A stretch of 63,944 nt of DNA, filler included, from Chiloscyllium plagiosum (lineage: Eukaryota): assembly GCF_004010195.1 (NCBI RefSeq). It is 5 parts of one record of this genome, joined end to end, with 100 filler letters (N's around TTAATTAATTAA, not from the genome) between each part and the next. Parts side by side here need not be neighbours in the genome. Positions count along the whole stretch, not along the records: positions 18,929 to 30,484 come from NC_057714.1; positions 30,585 to 56,411 come from NC_057714.1; 3 more parts are not named here. One strand, 5' to 3'. The position numbers were made by a program, and so were the translations under genes. A model generated the notes under the pieces. It made no database searches. It saw only the letters and a list, made by a program, of their open reading frames with translations, and was not told the DNA's origin. Positions within the stretch are counted from its first letter, which is position 1, and each line of letters starts with the position of its first letter. Below are positions 23,465 through 35,932 of the stretch, piece after piece.

Positions 23465-24875
23465 GAATTACATAGCATGGAAGTCAACTCTTTGGTCCAA
23501 CTCATCCATGCCGTCTAGATATCCTAAACTGATCTGGTTGCATTTTCCATCATTTGGCCCATATCCCACCAATCCCTTCCTAAACATGTATCCGTCCTGA
23601 TGCCTTTTAAATGTTCTGATTATACCACCTCCACCATTCCCTCTTTCCATACATACACCACCTTGTGAGAAAACGTTGTTCCTTAGGTCCCTTTTAAATC
23701 TTTCCCCTATCACCTTAAACCAATGCCCTCTAGTTTTGGACTCCCTTACCCTGGAAGAAAGACCTTGGCTATTAACCCTATCCACACTCCTCATGATTCA
23801 CAAACCTCTATAAACTCTCCCCTCAGCCTCTAATGCTCTAGAGCAAAAGGCCCCAGCCTAGTCAGCCTCTCAGTTTAGCTCAAACCCTCCAATCCTGGCA
23901 ACATCCTTGAAAAACTTTACTTTCAGGTTTCACATCTTTCCTCAAGCAAGGAGATCAGAATTAAACACAGTATTGTAGAAGTAGCCTAACCAATATCCTG
24001 AACAGTAGCAACATCATCTCCCAACTCCTGTACTCCAATGCACTGACCAATGAAAGCAAGCATGCCAAATACCTTCTTCACCACCCTGTCTACCTGCAAC
24101 TCCACTTTCAAGGAAATATGCACCTGTACCCGGAGGTCTCTTTGTTCAGCAACACATCCCACCCTACCGGTAACTGCATATGTCCTGTCCTGGTTTGTCT
24201 TACCAAAATGCAACCCTCACATTTATCTAAATTAAACTCCATCTGCTATTCCTTGGTCCATCAGCCCATCTGATCAATGTCCCATTACAGTCTGAGAAAA
24301 CATTCTTCACTATCCATGACATCGCCAATTTTGGTGTCATCTGCAAACTTACTAACCATACCTCCTATATTAACCTCTAAATCATTTATAGAAATGATGA
24401 AAAGCAGTTGACCCAGCACCAATCCTTGTGGCACATCACTGGACACAAGCCTCCAGTCCGAAAAGCAACCCCTTAATTTCCACACTCTGCCTTTGAGCCA
24501 GTTTGTATCCAGTTGGCTAGCTGCCCTGGATTCCATGTGATCTAACCTTGATAGTCAGTCCTATACGGAACCTTGCTGAATAACTGGCTGAGAGTCCATA
24601 TAGACAATGTCTATCATTCTGCCTTCACTAATCTTCTTTGTCACTTCTTCAAAAAACTCAAATCAAGTTAGTGAGTCACGATTTTCCATGCACAAAGCCA
24701 TGTTGACTTTCCCTAATCATCCTTGCCTTTCCAAATGCATGTAAATCCTGTCCCTCCGAATCCCCTCCAACAACTTACCCATCACTGACATCAGGCTCTT
24801 CGGTCTAAAGTTCTCTGACTTTTCCATACCATCTTTACAAATAATGGCATCAAATTACCCAACCTCCAGTTCTGG
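23465..24875 (-). mobile_element. CR1-type LINE 3' fragment (RT)
   Basis: VPQGLVLG, SKFADDTKIG, HFGKTNQ, RGHWFKVIGERFKRDLR. Confidence 0.9.
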
Positions 24876-25779
24876 ATCATTAGGTCAGTAAACCAGGCAG
24901 ATTTCAATAACCAATTCTTTATTTCAGACATCATTGAAATGAACTTTGTCTTTGATCCTTTCTATCTGAATTGGCTAGAAAATTTCATCACTAGCAAAGG
25001 ATTAAACACTTAGTTTGTCCTATTTTAAGGGAGAATAATGTATGGTGCAAAGGAAAATGGTGACCAAAGAATGCAAAGCATCTGTTGCATCCATCAAGTG
25101 AGAGCTTATGACAGAAGCTGTTTTGAATATCCATCAGAAAATGTTACAGCATTTATCACATGAACCTTTCATTGACCGTTAACGATGAAGCATCTGTCAG
25201 TTGGAGCTTTATTTATCAGGCAGGGAGTCTTAAAATGTTCATCTGGAGAAGGCTTTACTGCGATCCTAAGGAGCCAAGGAACTGATTTCAGGAATGTGGA
25301 TAATGTAACTGTTCTTCAAGGAGTACAGCAAAGGATGAAGTGACTAATTGTTAGAGTTCAATGCCAAAATGTTACGCATTAGGAACAAAGACTTCACATT
25401 GGAGCCGAACTAAAGGTTGGTGAGGTAACAAGCTTAGGTTCAGTTAGTTCTCACTGATTGCTACCATTGCCCTCTTCCTTGATCCTTCCATCCTCTTCAT
25501 CACCTGTATAAAGGCTGCAGTGATGGATGCTATGATCTGCTCGCTAACCACACTTCACCTGCTGCCAGCTTGTATTTGTTCAACCTATTTGGGGATTAAG
25601 ATCCAAAATCCTGGTCACCTCGAACATCACCAATCTGGATCAGCAAGCGATCACTGCACACCCAAAACTCAAGATCCAGGCCTCAGAGATGGAAGAAACT
25701 AGACAGACAGACAGCTTGGTCTGAAATCCAGGTTTCACATCACACAGGACAGTGCTGTACTGAATCCTTGTTCAAGTCA

Positions 25780-26200
25780 CTCAGATGTATAAAATGATTG
25801 AATCATAACAAATGAGATAGATCATGCCCCATTTTGGACTTCCTGTTGAGGCCTTGAAACAGTTGCAAAGCAGGAGAGGTCCGATATCCATAGGAAATCA
25901 GGAAGCTGCCCAGACCAATGCCCATGTAGCTGTGCTGACTGATGGCCAGAGTTAAACCCTCTGGATCTGGATGCTGTGACACAATAAGTTCAATGACCTC
26001 ACTACAGTGAATGCATCATCAAATGCTATTTGCCATCAAATGTGGCATTCGTCTCATACACAGCTCAATGTAACACAACCTAACGCTTAGCTCCCAACTA
26101 CTGATATCAATCAGGCTCTTACCTAATATTCTTAGCTGTACCTCATCTTCACACACTTCAGCCAGAATTGTACACCACTTTCACTCAAGTCGATAAAGTG
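25780..26200 (+). mobile_element. Possible Harbinger Myb/SANT-like ORF remnant
   Basis: AAGTTCAATGACCTC (KFNDL) at ~25986 and degraded context; weak. Confidence 0.3.
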
Positions 26201-26479
26201 GCAGATGGAGAAACAAAAATGAGTGCCATAGCAGCAGTACTGTGCCTATTACCAAACAGCTTTTGCCCACTTCTATGGGCATTATATTCATGCTAGGTAG
26301 AGATGTCAAGTGACCCTTCACTCATGGAACAATTGAGGTTTTTAAGTAATCAATGAATAGGGTTTTCCTACATTGGGGGTGCCAGTGACCAGTGTCTAGG
26401 TGGCCTGGCAAACCTGGCAGCATCTTGGCCGAGCAAAGAAAGTATGCCTTCTTTGTGGGCATATTACAGCTCCAAAAGG

Positions 26480-26765
26480 GATTTCACACCATTTCCTGTG
26501 TCACCTCAGCACCTGACAGTCCATCACTTCGACCAACCTCATCCCCTACCAAGTTGGGACCTGATAATTTGGCTCTCTTTGTCCAGGATTCCTCTCTGTG
26601 CTCCATCTTCAAACCTCATCCTCCACCCGGACCCCTCCTTCTGGTCTCTTACCTGCCAGTGATCTCTTCATTGAGAACTGTTGCCATGACATTGTCCACC
26701 TTTGTTTCTCTCCTCCCCTTACCCACTCTAACCCGTCACCCTCTGAACTTATTGCACACGGTTCT
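26480..26765 (+). mobile_element. Penelope-like (Neptune-type) N-terminal ORF fragment
   Basis: PPSGLLPASDLFIENCCHDI...PLTHSNPSPSEL in ORF 26598-26807. Confidence 0.55.
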
Positions 26766-28440
26766 CTCAGGTCGGAACCAGTGACTGTGATAGTTGTACC
26801 TTGTTGATGGGAACAAGGTGCTCCTTGCATTGAGTTGGTGGGATCAAATATTACAGCATCGTCTGTAGACGTGGAAGAAGCTCAGGGAGGTCAGGGGACC
26901 AGACAGTGGAAGGAGAAAGTGCCATGCGTTTTCCTTGATTGCGTGGTCATGCGCTCTATGATTAGACACGTTCATCCAATGGGTGCTGAGGTGGCATTGC
27001 AAACAGCAGACCCTCTAGTCTGGTTATCAAAACCTTGTTCTGGAGTCTAGAAGACCCCTGGTGTTAATAAGTTGTACTTCCTTGGTAGCAACACAACATT
27101 TTGACCCAATTAAAACCCACCTCAGACTGGTCACACTGAAGCTGAGGCAGAAGCAGTCCCTGAAACTGCGTGGAAAATGTGGTGCTGATGAGGAAATGGT
27201 GACTGCACTCCCGCCCCCAGAGCAAAAAAAAAATCAGGAATAGATTCTGATTCACCAGGTTGTGATGCCACTGATGGATCATTCTAAATTACTGCGGCTA
27301 ACTCATGAATTTCCGATGGCTGAAAATACTGGTATTTGCAAAAACCAAGTCCACCATCAGCCAACATTTTTTACAGGCTGCTGCTTCACAATGTAACAAG
27401 GTTTTGTTGAACTTGTCACACTTGCCAGATTGTAGGAAAACTCGGAGGTGTAACCACACCTGCAGCTACGATTCCCATGCTCGCGAGTCATTCTGTAGAA
27501 TATTGGCCTGTATGGGACCCGTGCACAGAACAAAAGGGGACTACCAGTACACCTTTACCATCATTAATTCGTCTACCCATTTCCAAGAACGTGCTGCTCT
27601 GAGAAACACATCTGCATGTTACAAGAGGAACACATTCTGGAGCCCATAACGGAGCCCAGCAGCAGTGGCTCGAGATCCCTATTCGTGATTGTGCCAATGC
27701 TTGATGGCTCCATAAAGCTCTGAATTGACTAGAGCCAATTCCTATCTGATAGCCCTGCTGGAAAACTGCATGGATAGAGTATATAAAGCCACACGCATTA
27801 CCACAACAGATTTACTAAAGGGGTATAAAAGATTCCCTTACCTGCCCATGTGAAGAAAATCTTCACCTTCATAATATGCAGGTTATATCAGTGTCATATC
27901 AAGCCATTTGGACTCCAAAATACCCCATCCAGCTCTTAAAGGCTGATGAACCAGGAAGTGGCAGGCTTATCTAATTCTGTAGTGCACAGGTGATCTCCTA
28001 GCATAGTGACATCTGGGAAATGGGCTTTGAGTAACTTGAAGCCGTTATTCTGGAAAACACAATCACTGAGGTTTATTATTCCCATTGTACCACCTGAAAA
28101 TCACCTACACAGCCAGGAAAATAAAAGGTGATTGCAGATGCCTTGTTGAGAACTTACCGGGACCCAGTTAGAACTGAAAAGAGGACATTTACCGAGTCTA
28201 AGAATGTGTGTGCCCGTACACATGTGTACGGGCAAGAGTGTTGAGGGGGGATAAATCAGCATTTAGTGGATTGAGAGGAATTTTATTAGGTGTCTCCTGA
28301 AGGGTTTCCTGAAACAATCTGTAAAGCGGGAAGGAGTCATACGAGACCCAGTGTGGGAGAATGAGCCCAGCCAGGCAATCGACGTTTCACTCAGGGATCA
28401 TTTCATAAACAGTGATCATAATTCTGTAAGTTTATAGATT
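26765..28440 (+). mobile_element. Deleted, decayed Gmr1-like Gypsy LTR retrotransposon (PR end - IN - RT - RH - PPT - LTR start)
   Basis: FLDCVVMRS (~26930), CHTCQIVGK (~27414), GPVHRTKGDYQYTFTIINSSTHFQE (integrase), DLLKGY (~27810), GLYQCHIKPFGLQNTP (RT, ~27880), VIADALLR (~28130), purine tract ~28323. Confidence 0.75.
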
Positions 28441-29570
28441 TTTTATGGGGGGGGGAAGCTGACAACTACAATATCAGGTCGATTCGAGGTAGCTGTTTGA
28501 GGGTAAATCCACACCTGTCGAGTGGAAATCTTTTAAAGACCAGTTGATTAGAGTTCAGGACCAGCGTGTTCCTGTGAAAATGAAGGCTAAGGGTGGCAAA
28601 ACTCAGGATGCTTGGATGACAAGAGAAATTGTGAGCTTAGCCAAAAAGTAAAAGGAGTCAAATGTAAGGCTTAGGAAACTAATAATAGACAGAGCCCTCA
28701 AAAGAAAGTAAAGAAAGCAGGAAAGAACTTAAATGAAGAGTTAGGAGGGCTAAAAGGGACCATAAAACATCCTTGGCAAACAGGATTAAGGAAAAACCCA
28801 AGATGTTTTATACATATATTCGGAGCAGCAGAGCAACTAAGGAAATGGTAGGTCCACTCAAGAACAAAGGATGCAATTTATACATCAACCCAGAAGAAGT
28901 GGGTGAGGTCCTTAATGAACACTCTGCATCAGTCTTCACAAAGGAAAAGGACAGGGTACATGTGAGTCTAGAGAGAGGTATATTAATATTCTCGGCATGC
29001 AATAGAAATAAAAATGATGGGTGTTTGAAAAGCATAAATGTAGGCAAGTTCCCAGACCCTAATGGGCAGGGAAATGGCAGATGGAATTTAATCCGGACGA
29101 ATGGGAAGGGATGTATTTTGGAAGATCTCATGGAGAAGATGGCAGAACCCTTGAAACAACAACGTACTGTGGCATCTAGACAAACAGATCCACAGAAAGT
29201 GGCAACACAAGGTGGTTAAGAAGAAGGCCTTTGGCATGCTGCATTCATCAGACAGGGTACAGAGTAGAAAATTAGCAAGTCGTATTGCAGCTGTAAAGAA
29301 CTTTAGCTCAGCCACATTTGGAATATTTTGTATAGTTTTGTTTGCCACATTACAAGACAGATATGGAGACTTTGAAGATGGAACAGAAAAGATGCTGTCT
29401 GGTTTGGAGGTATTAACTATGAGGAAAGATTGGACAAACTTTGTCTTTTCTCACTAGAATATCAGAGGCTGAGGGGTGACCTGATACAAGTTTACAAAAT
29501 TGAGAAGGTTGGAAAATGAATAGTTGCCAAATCTTTCTTCCAAGTGTAAACATTGTCAATTACTAGACAT
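28440..29570 (+). mobile_element. CR1-type LINE fragments (internally deleted)
   Basis: ANRIKEKPKMFYTYIRS, VVKKAFGML, RLRGDLIQVYKI. Confidence 0.85.
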
Positions 29571-30225
29571 AGTTAAAAATCACAAAACACCAGGTTATAG
29601 TCAAACAGGTTTATTTGGAAGCACTAGCTTTCGGAGCACTGATTCTTCATCAGGTAGCTGTGGAGCAGGACCATAAAACACAATTTATAGCAAAGGATTA
29701 CAGTGTCATGCAACTGAAATGATAAATTGAACAAACCTTCCCTACTCCTCCACCTCTTGCCTTTAAACAGCCGCCAAACCAGAAACAGTCCATCGTTCAC
29801 AGCAAACTGCCCAGCCTTCAGGATAATCTCGACCATGACACCATACAACCCTGTCACGGCAACCACTGCAAGACATGTCAGAGTGCCAACACGGATACTG
29901 CCATTACACGTAGGGACACCACCCACCATGTACACTACAAGTACTCATATGACTCTGCCAACGTTGTCTATCTCATAAGTTGTCGGCAAGGATGCCCCAA
30001 GGCATGTACATTCGCAAGACCAGCAGATGCTACAACGGATGAATGGACACTGCGCAACAATCGCTAGACATGCATGTTCCCTCCCAGTCAGGGAACACTT
30101 CAGCGGTCAGGGATATTCGGCCTTGGATCTTCGGATGACTGTCCTCCAAGGCAGACTTGGGGGTATGGAACAATGAAAAGTGGCCAAGTAGAGGCTGATA
30201 GCCAAGTTCGGTACCCATAGGGATG
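29570..30225. mobile_element. Penelope-like (Neptune-type) 3' region: inverted pLTR (29570-29735, -) + GIY-YIG segment (29735-30225, +)
   Basis: Hammerhead motif on minus strand ~29622-29655; CKTCQ and DSANVVYLISCRQGCPKA on plus strand. Confidence 0.8.
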
Positions 30226-30484
30226 GTGGATTCTGGATTAGTGGTGCTGGAAGAGCACAGCAGTTCAGGCAGCATCCAAGGAGCAGCGAAATCGACGTTT
30301 CGGGCAAAAGCCCCTCATCAGGAATAAAGGCAGAGAGCCTGAAGCGTGGAGAGATCAGCTAGAGGAGGGTGGGGTGGGGAGAAAGTAGCATAGAGTACAA
30401 TGGGTGAGTGGGGGAGGGGATGAAGGTGATAGGTCAGGGAGGAGAGGGTGGAGTGGATAGGTGGAAAAGGAGATAGGCAGGTAG
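30226..30484 (-). mobile_element. Penelope-like pLTR with hammerhead motif
   Basis: Minus strand CCTGATGAGGGGCTTTTGCCCGAAACGTCGA (30292-30322); matches 38400-38527. Confidence 0.85.
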
Positions 30485-30584
30485 NNNNNNNNNNNNNNNN
30501 NNNNNNNNNNNNNNNNNNNNNNNNNNNNTTAATTAATTAANNNNNNNNNNNNNNNNNNNNNNNNNNNNNNNNNNNNNNNNNNNN

Positions 30585-30962
30585 CCGCTTCCTGTTGTCA
30601 GTTTCAGCTGTCCGCTGTAGTGGCCTGAGTGCCATGCTTCTAGTATTTCCCTGGCTGTTCTTTGTTTCGCTGGAATTCCTGGAAGCATGGCACTCATCCA
30701 CAAACCCCATCAACAAACACATAGACCTGGACCCAATATACCGGCCACTACAGCGGACAGCTGAAACTGACAACCGGAAGCGGCAGGGACAGGCCACTAT
30801 AAATGCCGGAGGAAACACCACAGAAGCGCTTCACAGGAGGCTCCCAAGCACTGAGGATGTCACCTAGACAGGGGGCGAAACGTTTGCAACAAAAACTTCC
30901 AGCTCGGCGAACAGAACCACAGCAACGAGCACCCGAGCTACAAATCTTCTCACAAACTTTGA
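30585..30962 (+). mobile_element. Poseidon-type Penelope 3' end with short inverted segment
   Basis: EFLEAWHSSTNPINKHIDLDPIYRPLQR; 30585-30670 is an inverted copy; hammerhead motif 30848-30887. Confidence 0.85.
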
Positions 30963-32539
30963 ATTCGTGTCAATGTGAGTTTAATACAGAGGCACAAAAA
31001 TACACTAATTATTCTGTTGACACAATGAGATTGTGCTTTCTTGAAGACATATTGTGATAAGGTTTGACTTTTGGAGGTGTTTATCTTCAATTTGTCTTGG
31101 AGCTTTGCCAGCAGACCTTTAATGTTCTGGGGAAACCTTATTTAACCCTTCTTTAAAATCCAGAACCTTTTGCACTGGATATTTAATCATCACCTGATGT
31201 TCAACAAAAGGATAAACCTCAGGTTCTGCTCCAGTGGCTACTTCTGAGACAAATTAACAGTAAATTTCAAAGCTATACTTATCCATTAACATTTTCCACC
31301 TAACCATCATTAAAGCCAAACTACAATGATTAAATCTATGCACGCTTGACAAGATTGCAAGTTGTGAACACATTAAAATGGATAACTTGACACAAAGCTA
31401 AGAATAATTTGGTTTAGAAATATAGCAAAGCAGATTTAACAGTATTGTAACCTCCAGGAAACACCATAGGATTGCATGTTTTGGCACTCCAAGAATGTTC
31501 ATCAGTCCTGAAAAACCAGTGTGTGATTCTTGAATATTTTAACATTCCTATCATGGTATGGCCATGGTATATCTCAACGTCTGCAGCTTTACTGCTGTAA
31601 CACATAGCATCTTGAACTGATAATTATCTGTGCAACATTTGCACCCAGGGCTTCACTCAGTACTAATCCAAAAAGACAAGAAACTTATTTTTATTCATAT
31701 ACAACATGAGGATGTTGCCATGGCCAACATTAGTTTCCAATCTTGTCCATGTTTTGGACACTTCAACAAGTTAATGTATTAAAAAACTTCATCCAAGCAC
31801 TCTTGTTGGTGAGGCAGACAAAAGGGCACAAAACCCAATTTGTGGCTCAACATGACTTATTAACAAAATATTCCTTATTAAAAACACCTTGTGTGCATTT
31901 CCCAAACTGTCACATTTACTCTCTATCTAGCTCTATCCATCTGAAAAAAGATATTACCTGCAATGATCCATGTGTTTGAGCTAGGCTTTTGGAATATCCT
32001 TCCTCTCTAACATGAGACTGGCTCTCTTCCACAAAGGTAGGTCTCACAGGTTAGGGTAGATCTTTTCTCTTTCCAGGTGTGAGAGCTCTGCTGCTGGGCC
32101 AGGTTGTGCCTTCACTGTGGGTCTTCACAGAGGGAGTGGTTTCCAAGTGTTTGTATTTATCCCCCTCACTCCAAACCTTCCAGAATGTTCTGTCGTCTTT
32201 GGCCAATCGGGTCATGAGTTGTGTTTGAATTATCCAATGGGGTTGTGCTGACACCTTCCCTGTTGCCATGTCATGCGGTATAAAGTACATGTCCTCAGAC
32301 AGTCAAGATGCCAGAAAGTCTGACTTCTCCAAAACACAGCCCTTAGGTTGGTTGTAAGTGTTATCCTGAACGTTTGTGACATCGGTGACCTTGCTTTCCA
32401 CTCTTCTCTCTCACCAATAGCTGCTGGTTGCTATTTAATTTGTTCAGCCAATTTTCTGTCAGACCCGATTTCTCTAGCTGTGGATCAATTTAGAATATCC
32501 CCAGTAGTCAGTGGGAAATTAAGGATCAAATGTGTATGG

Positions 32540-34265
32540 AGATAGCATAAAAATAATAGCGTTGTAATAGTAGGGGATTTAACCTTTCCAAGCACACATT
32601 GGGGCAGCCACTGTTAAGGGCGTGGATGGGGAGAAATTTGTATTGAGTGTTCAAGAAAAACTTTCTCAATCAATATGTAGATGGTGCTCCTGGAGAGGGA
32701 GCAAAATTAAATCTCCTCTTCTGAGGTATGGTAAGGCAAATGACTGAAGTGTTCTTGGGGGAGCGGTTTGGGACAGCGACTATAATTCTATTAGTTTTTA
32801 AATCGTTATCATAAAGGATAGCTTGGTCCACAAGTTAAAGTTCTAAATTGGGGCAAACCCAATTTTGATGGGATTGGATAGGAACTTTCAAAAGTTGACT
32901 GCAGGAGGATGTTCGCAGATGAAGGGATGTTTGGCAAACGTGAGGCTTTCAAAAGTGAGTCAATAAGAGCTCAAAGAGCATGTTCCTGCCAGCGTTAAGT
33001 GCAATGCTGGCTGGAGTAGGGAAAGCTGGATGAAGAGAGATATTGAGGCTTTGTTCAAGAAAAAGGAGGTATATGTCAGGTCTGGACAGCTGGGATCAAA
33101 TGAATGCCTTGAGGGGATTGTAGGGTTTAGGAGTACCCTTAAGAGGGAAACCAGGAGGGCAAAAAGGTGGACATGAGATAGCTTTGGCAGATAGGTTAAG
33201 GAAAATCCAAAGAGATTTTACAAGTATATTAACGGCAAAAGAGTAACTAGGGAGAGAATAGGGCCCCTTAAAATCAATGAGGCCATCTATGTGTGGAACT
33301 ACAAGAGATGGGCAAGATTCTAAACGAATATTTCACATCAGTATTTATTATGGAGAAAGACATGGAAATTAAGGAACTCAGGGAAATAAATACTGATGTC
33401 TTCAAAAGATATTACCAAAGAGGAGGTGCTGGAGTACTTAAAATGCATGAAGATAGATAAATCCCTGGGAACTGATAAAATGTAATCCTGGACATTATGG
33501 AAAGCTGGGGAAGAAATTGAAGGGCAACTACCAGAGAAACTTGTATCATCAACAGCCTTGGGTGAGGTTCCAGAAGACTGGAGGGTGGCTAATTTAAAGA
33601 AATCTACAAGGAAAGACAAGGAAATTTTGACTGGTGAGCCTGACATCAATGGAGGATAAGTTATTGGAGGGGATTCTGAGAGACAAGATCTGCATGCATC
33701 TGGAAAGGCAAGGACTGATTAGGGATACTCAGCATGGCTTTGTGCATGGAAAATTGTGTCTCTAAACTTGATTGGACTTTTTGAAGTGGTGCATAAGAAG
33801 CTAGATGGAGACAGATGTTGTCCATGTAGACTTCAACAAGGTCTTCCACAAGGTTCCACATGATGGACTGGTTAGTAAAGTTGGACCCATGGAGAGCTAG
33901 CCAACTAGATACAAAATTGGCTTGACAGTAGGAGACAGAGATTGGTGGTAGAGAGTTGTTGTTCATACTGAAGGCCTGTGACCAGCAATATGCCACGAAG
34001 ATCTGTGTTGGTTCCACCTTTGTTTGCCATTTATACAAATGATTGGATGAGAATATAGTTAAGATGTTGTGAAGATGGTTAAGGTGTTTTTGAATGACAC
34101 CAAAATTGGTTCTATAATGAACAGTGAAGAAGATTATCTAAGAATACAACAGGATCTTAATCAGCTGGACCAGTGGGCCAAGGAACAGTATATAGAATTT
34201 AATTTAGATAAATGTGAGGTGTTGCATTTTGGTAAGACAAACCAGGGCAGAACTTACACAGTTAA
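32540..34265 (+). mobile_element. CR1-type LINE ORF2 fragment, decayed
   Basis: GDFNxP (~32573), KENPKRFYKYI (~33200), DDTKIG-like and LDKCEVLHFGKTNQGRTYTVN (34069-34265). Confidence 0.9.
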
Positions 34266-34334
34266 CTCTGTTTCTCTTTCTACATGTTCTGCCAGACCCG
34301 CTGAGTTTCTACAGCATGTTCTACTTCTGATCTG

Positions 34335-34617
34335 CAGCACGATGGTATAGTGGTTAGCACTGCTGCCTCACAGCGCCAGAGACCCGGGTTCAATTCCCAC
34401 CTCAGGCGACTGTGTAGAGTTTGCACGTTCTCCCTGTGTCTACATGGGTTTCCTCCAGGTGCTCCGGTTTCCTCCCACAGTCCAAAGATGTGCAGGTCAG
34501 GTGAATTGGCCATGCTAAATTTCCTGTAGTGTTCGGTAAGGGGTAAATGTAGGGATTTGGGTCGGTGTGGACTTGTTGGGCCGAAAGGCCTGTATCCACA
34601 CTGTAATGTAATCTAAT
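34335..34617 (+). mobile_element. HE1-type SINE
   Basis: TAGTGGTTAGCACTGCTGCCTCACAGCGCCAGAGACCCGGGTTCAATTCC head; AATCT tail. Confidence 0.9.
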
Positions 34618-35932
34618 GCAGTACTTTGCTTTTTTTTTGAAAGATGTTTTGGGTGGCTCTCAACAGACATGGGAGTCCCATGACTGTTCAGTTCAACCCC
34701 TGAGTCTCCTCTAAACCCTGGCGCACTCACGGTAGTGCAGCAAGGTAATGTTTGGCAAGAGGATTCTGATTGATCAGTGCATTACCAAGAAGAATGAACC
34801 AAGCAACAATCAAAGCAAACAAAAAGTTTGTTTAAATTCAAACCAGGCATAGCAACTCTGAATGCTAAAGAAATAGCCAGAGGAGGAAAAAGTCATATAT
34901 TGTTTGGATACCTCCTTTCCCAACTGTAGCAGACATCTTTTCAGGGTGTTACATATTTTAATATAAGTTAACAATGATTGGGATTAATTGGGTTACTGGA
35001 ATAGCCACTCTTCGTGAACAGGGTATCGAAATGCCACTTATAATCGATTCTAGGTCATCCAAGATGGAGGACGGGAAAGATTTCTGGCTGTAACATCTGC
35101 TCCTTTTTTGAGGTATTTGAGGTGCTGGAGGTGATTTCCTCAAAATCCAGGAGCAGCAATTACTGCTTTATATACTGTTGCATTGTTTTGGAACTTTGGA
35201 AAAAAAAGTCAAAACAACAGCAGTTTTAAAAGGGAGAAGAACAGACAAAGGAAGCACATGGTGAGGTCAGTGCAGGAGAGAGAGAGAAAGAGAGAGAAAG
35301 AGAAAGAAAGTGACACCACAGCGTAATTGCACAGTTACTGCCTTTGCTGTTTAAATTCATGTATCGCTGGACATCGGAGTGCGTCTGGGAAAATTACCAC
35401 ATGATCTTGACCAAATGGCTAAGGGGCTGAGAAGTGGCAGATGGAGTTTAATTCAGATAAATGCGAGTTGCTGCATTTTGGGAAAGCATATCTTAGCAGG
35501 ACTTATACACTTCATGGTAAGGTCTATGGGAGTATTGCTAACAAAGAGATCTTGGAGTGCAGGTTCATAGCTTCTTGAAAGTGGAGTTGCAAGGAGATAG
35601 GATAATGAAGAAGGCGTTTGGTATGCTTTCTTTTATTGGTCAGAGTATTGAGTACAGGAGTTGGGAGGTCATGTTGCAGCTGTACAGGACATTGGTTAGG
35701 CAACTGTTGGAATATTGTGTGCAATTCTGGTCTCCTTCCTATCAGGAAGATGTTGTGAAATCTCAAAGGGTTCAGAAAAGATTTACAAGGACGTTGCCAG
35801 GGTTGAAGGATTTGAGCTATAGGGAGAGGCTGAACAGTTGGGGCTGTTTTCCCTGGAGCGTCAGACGTTGAGAGGTGACCTTATAGAGGTTTACAAAATT
35901 ATGAGGGGCATGAATAGGATAAATACACAAAG

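Noticed and set aside
31000..32520. Non-annotated stretch with short ORFs
   Set aside because: No recognisable motifs, termini or splice pairs; left uncalled
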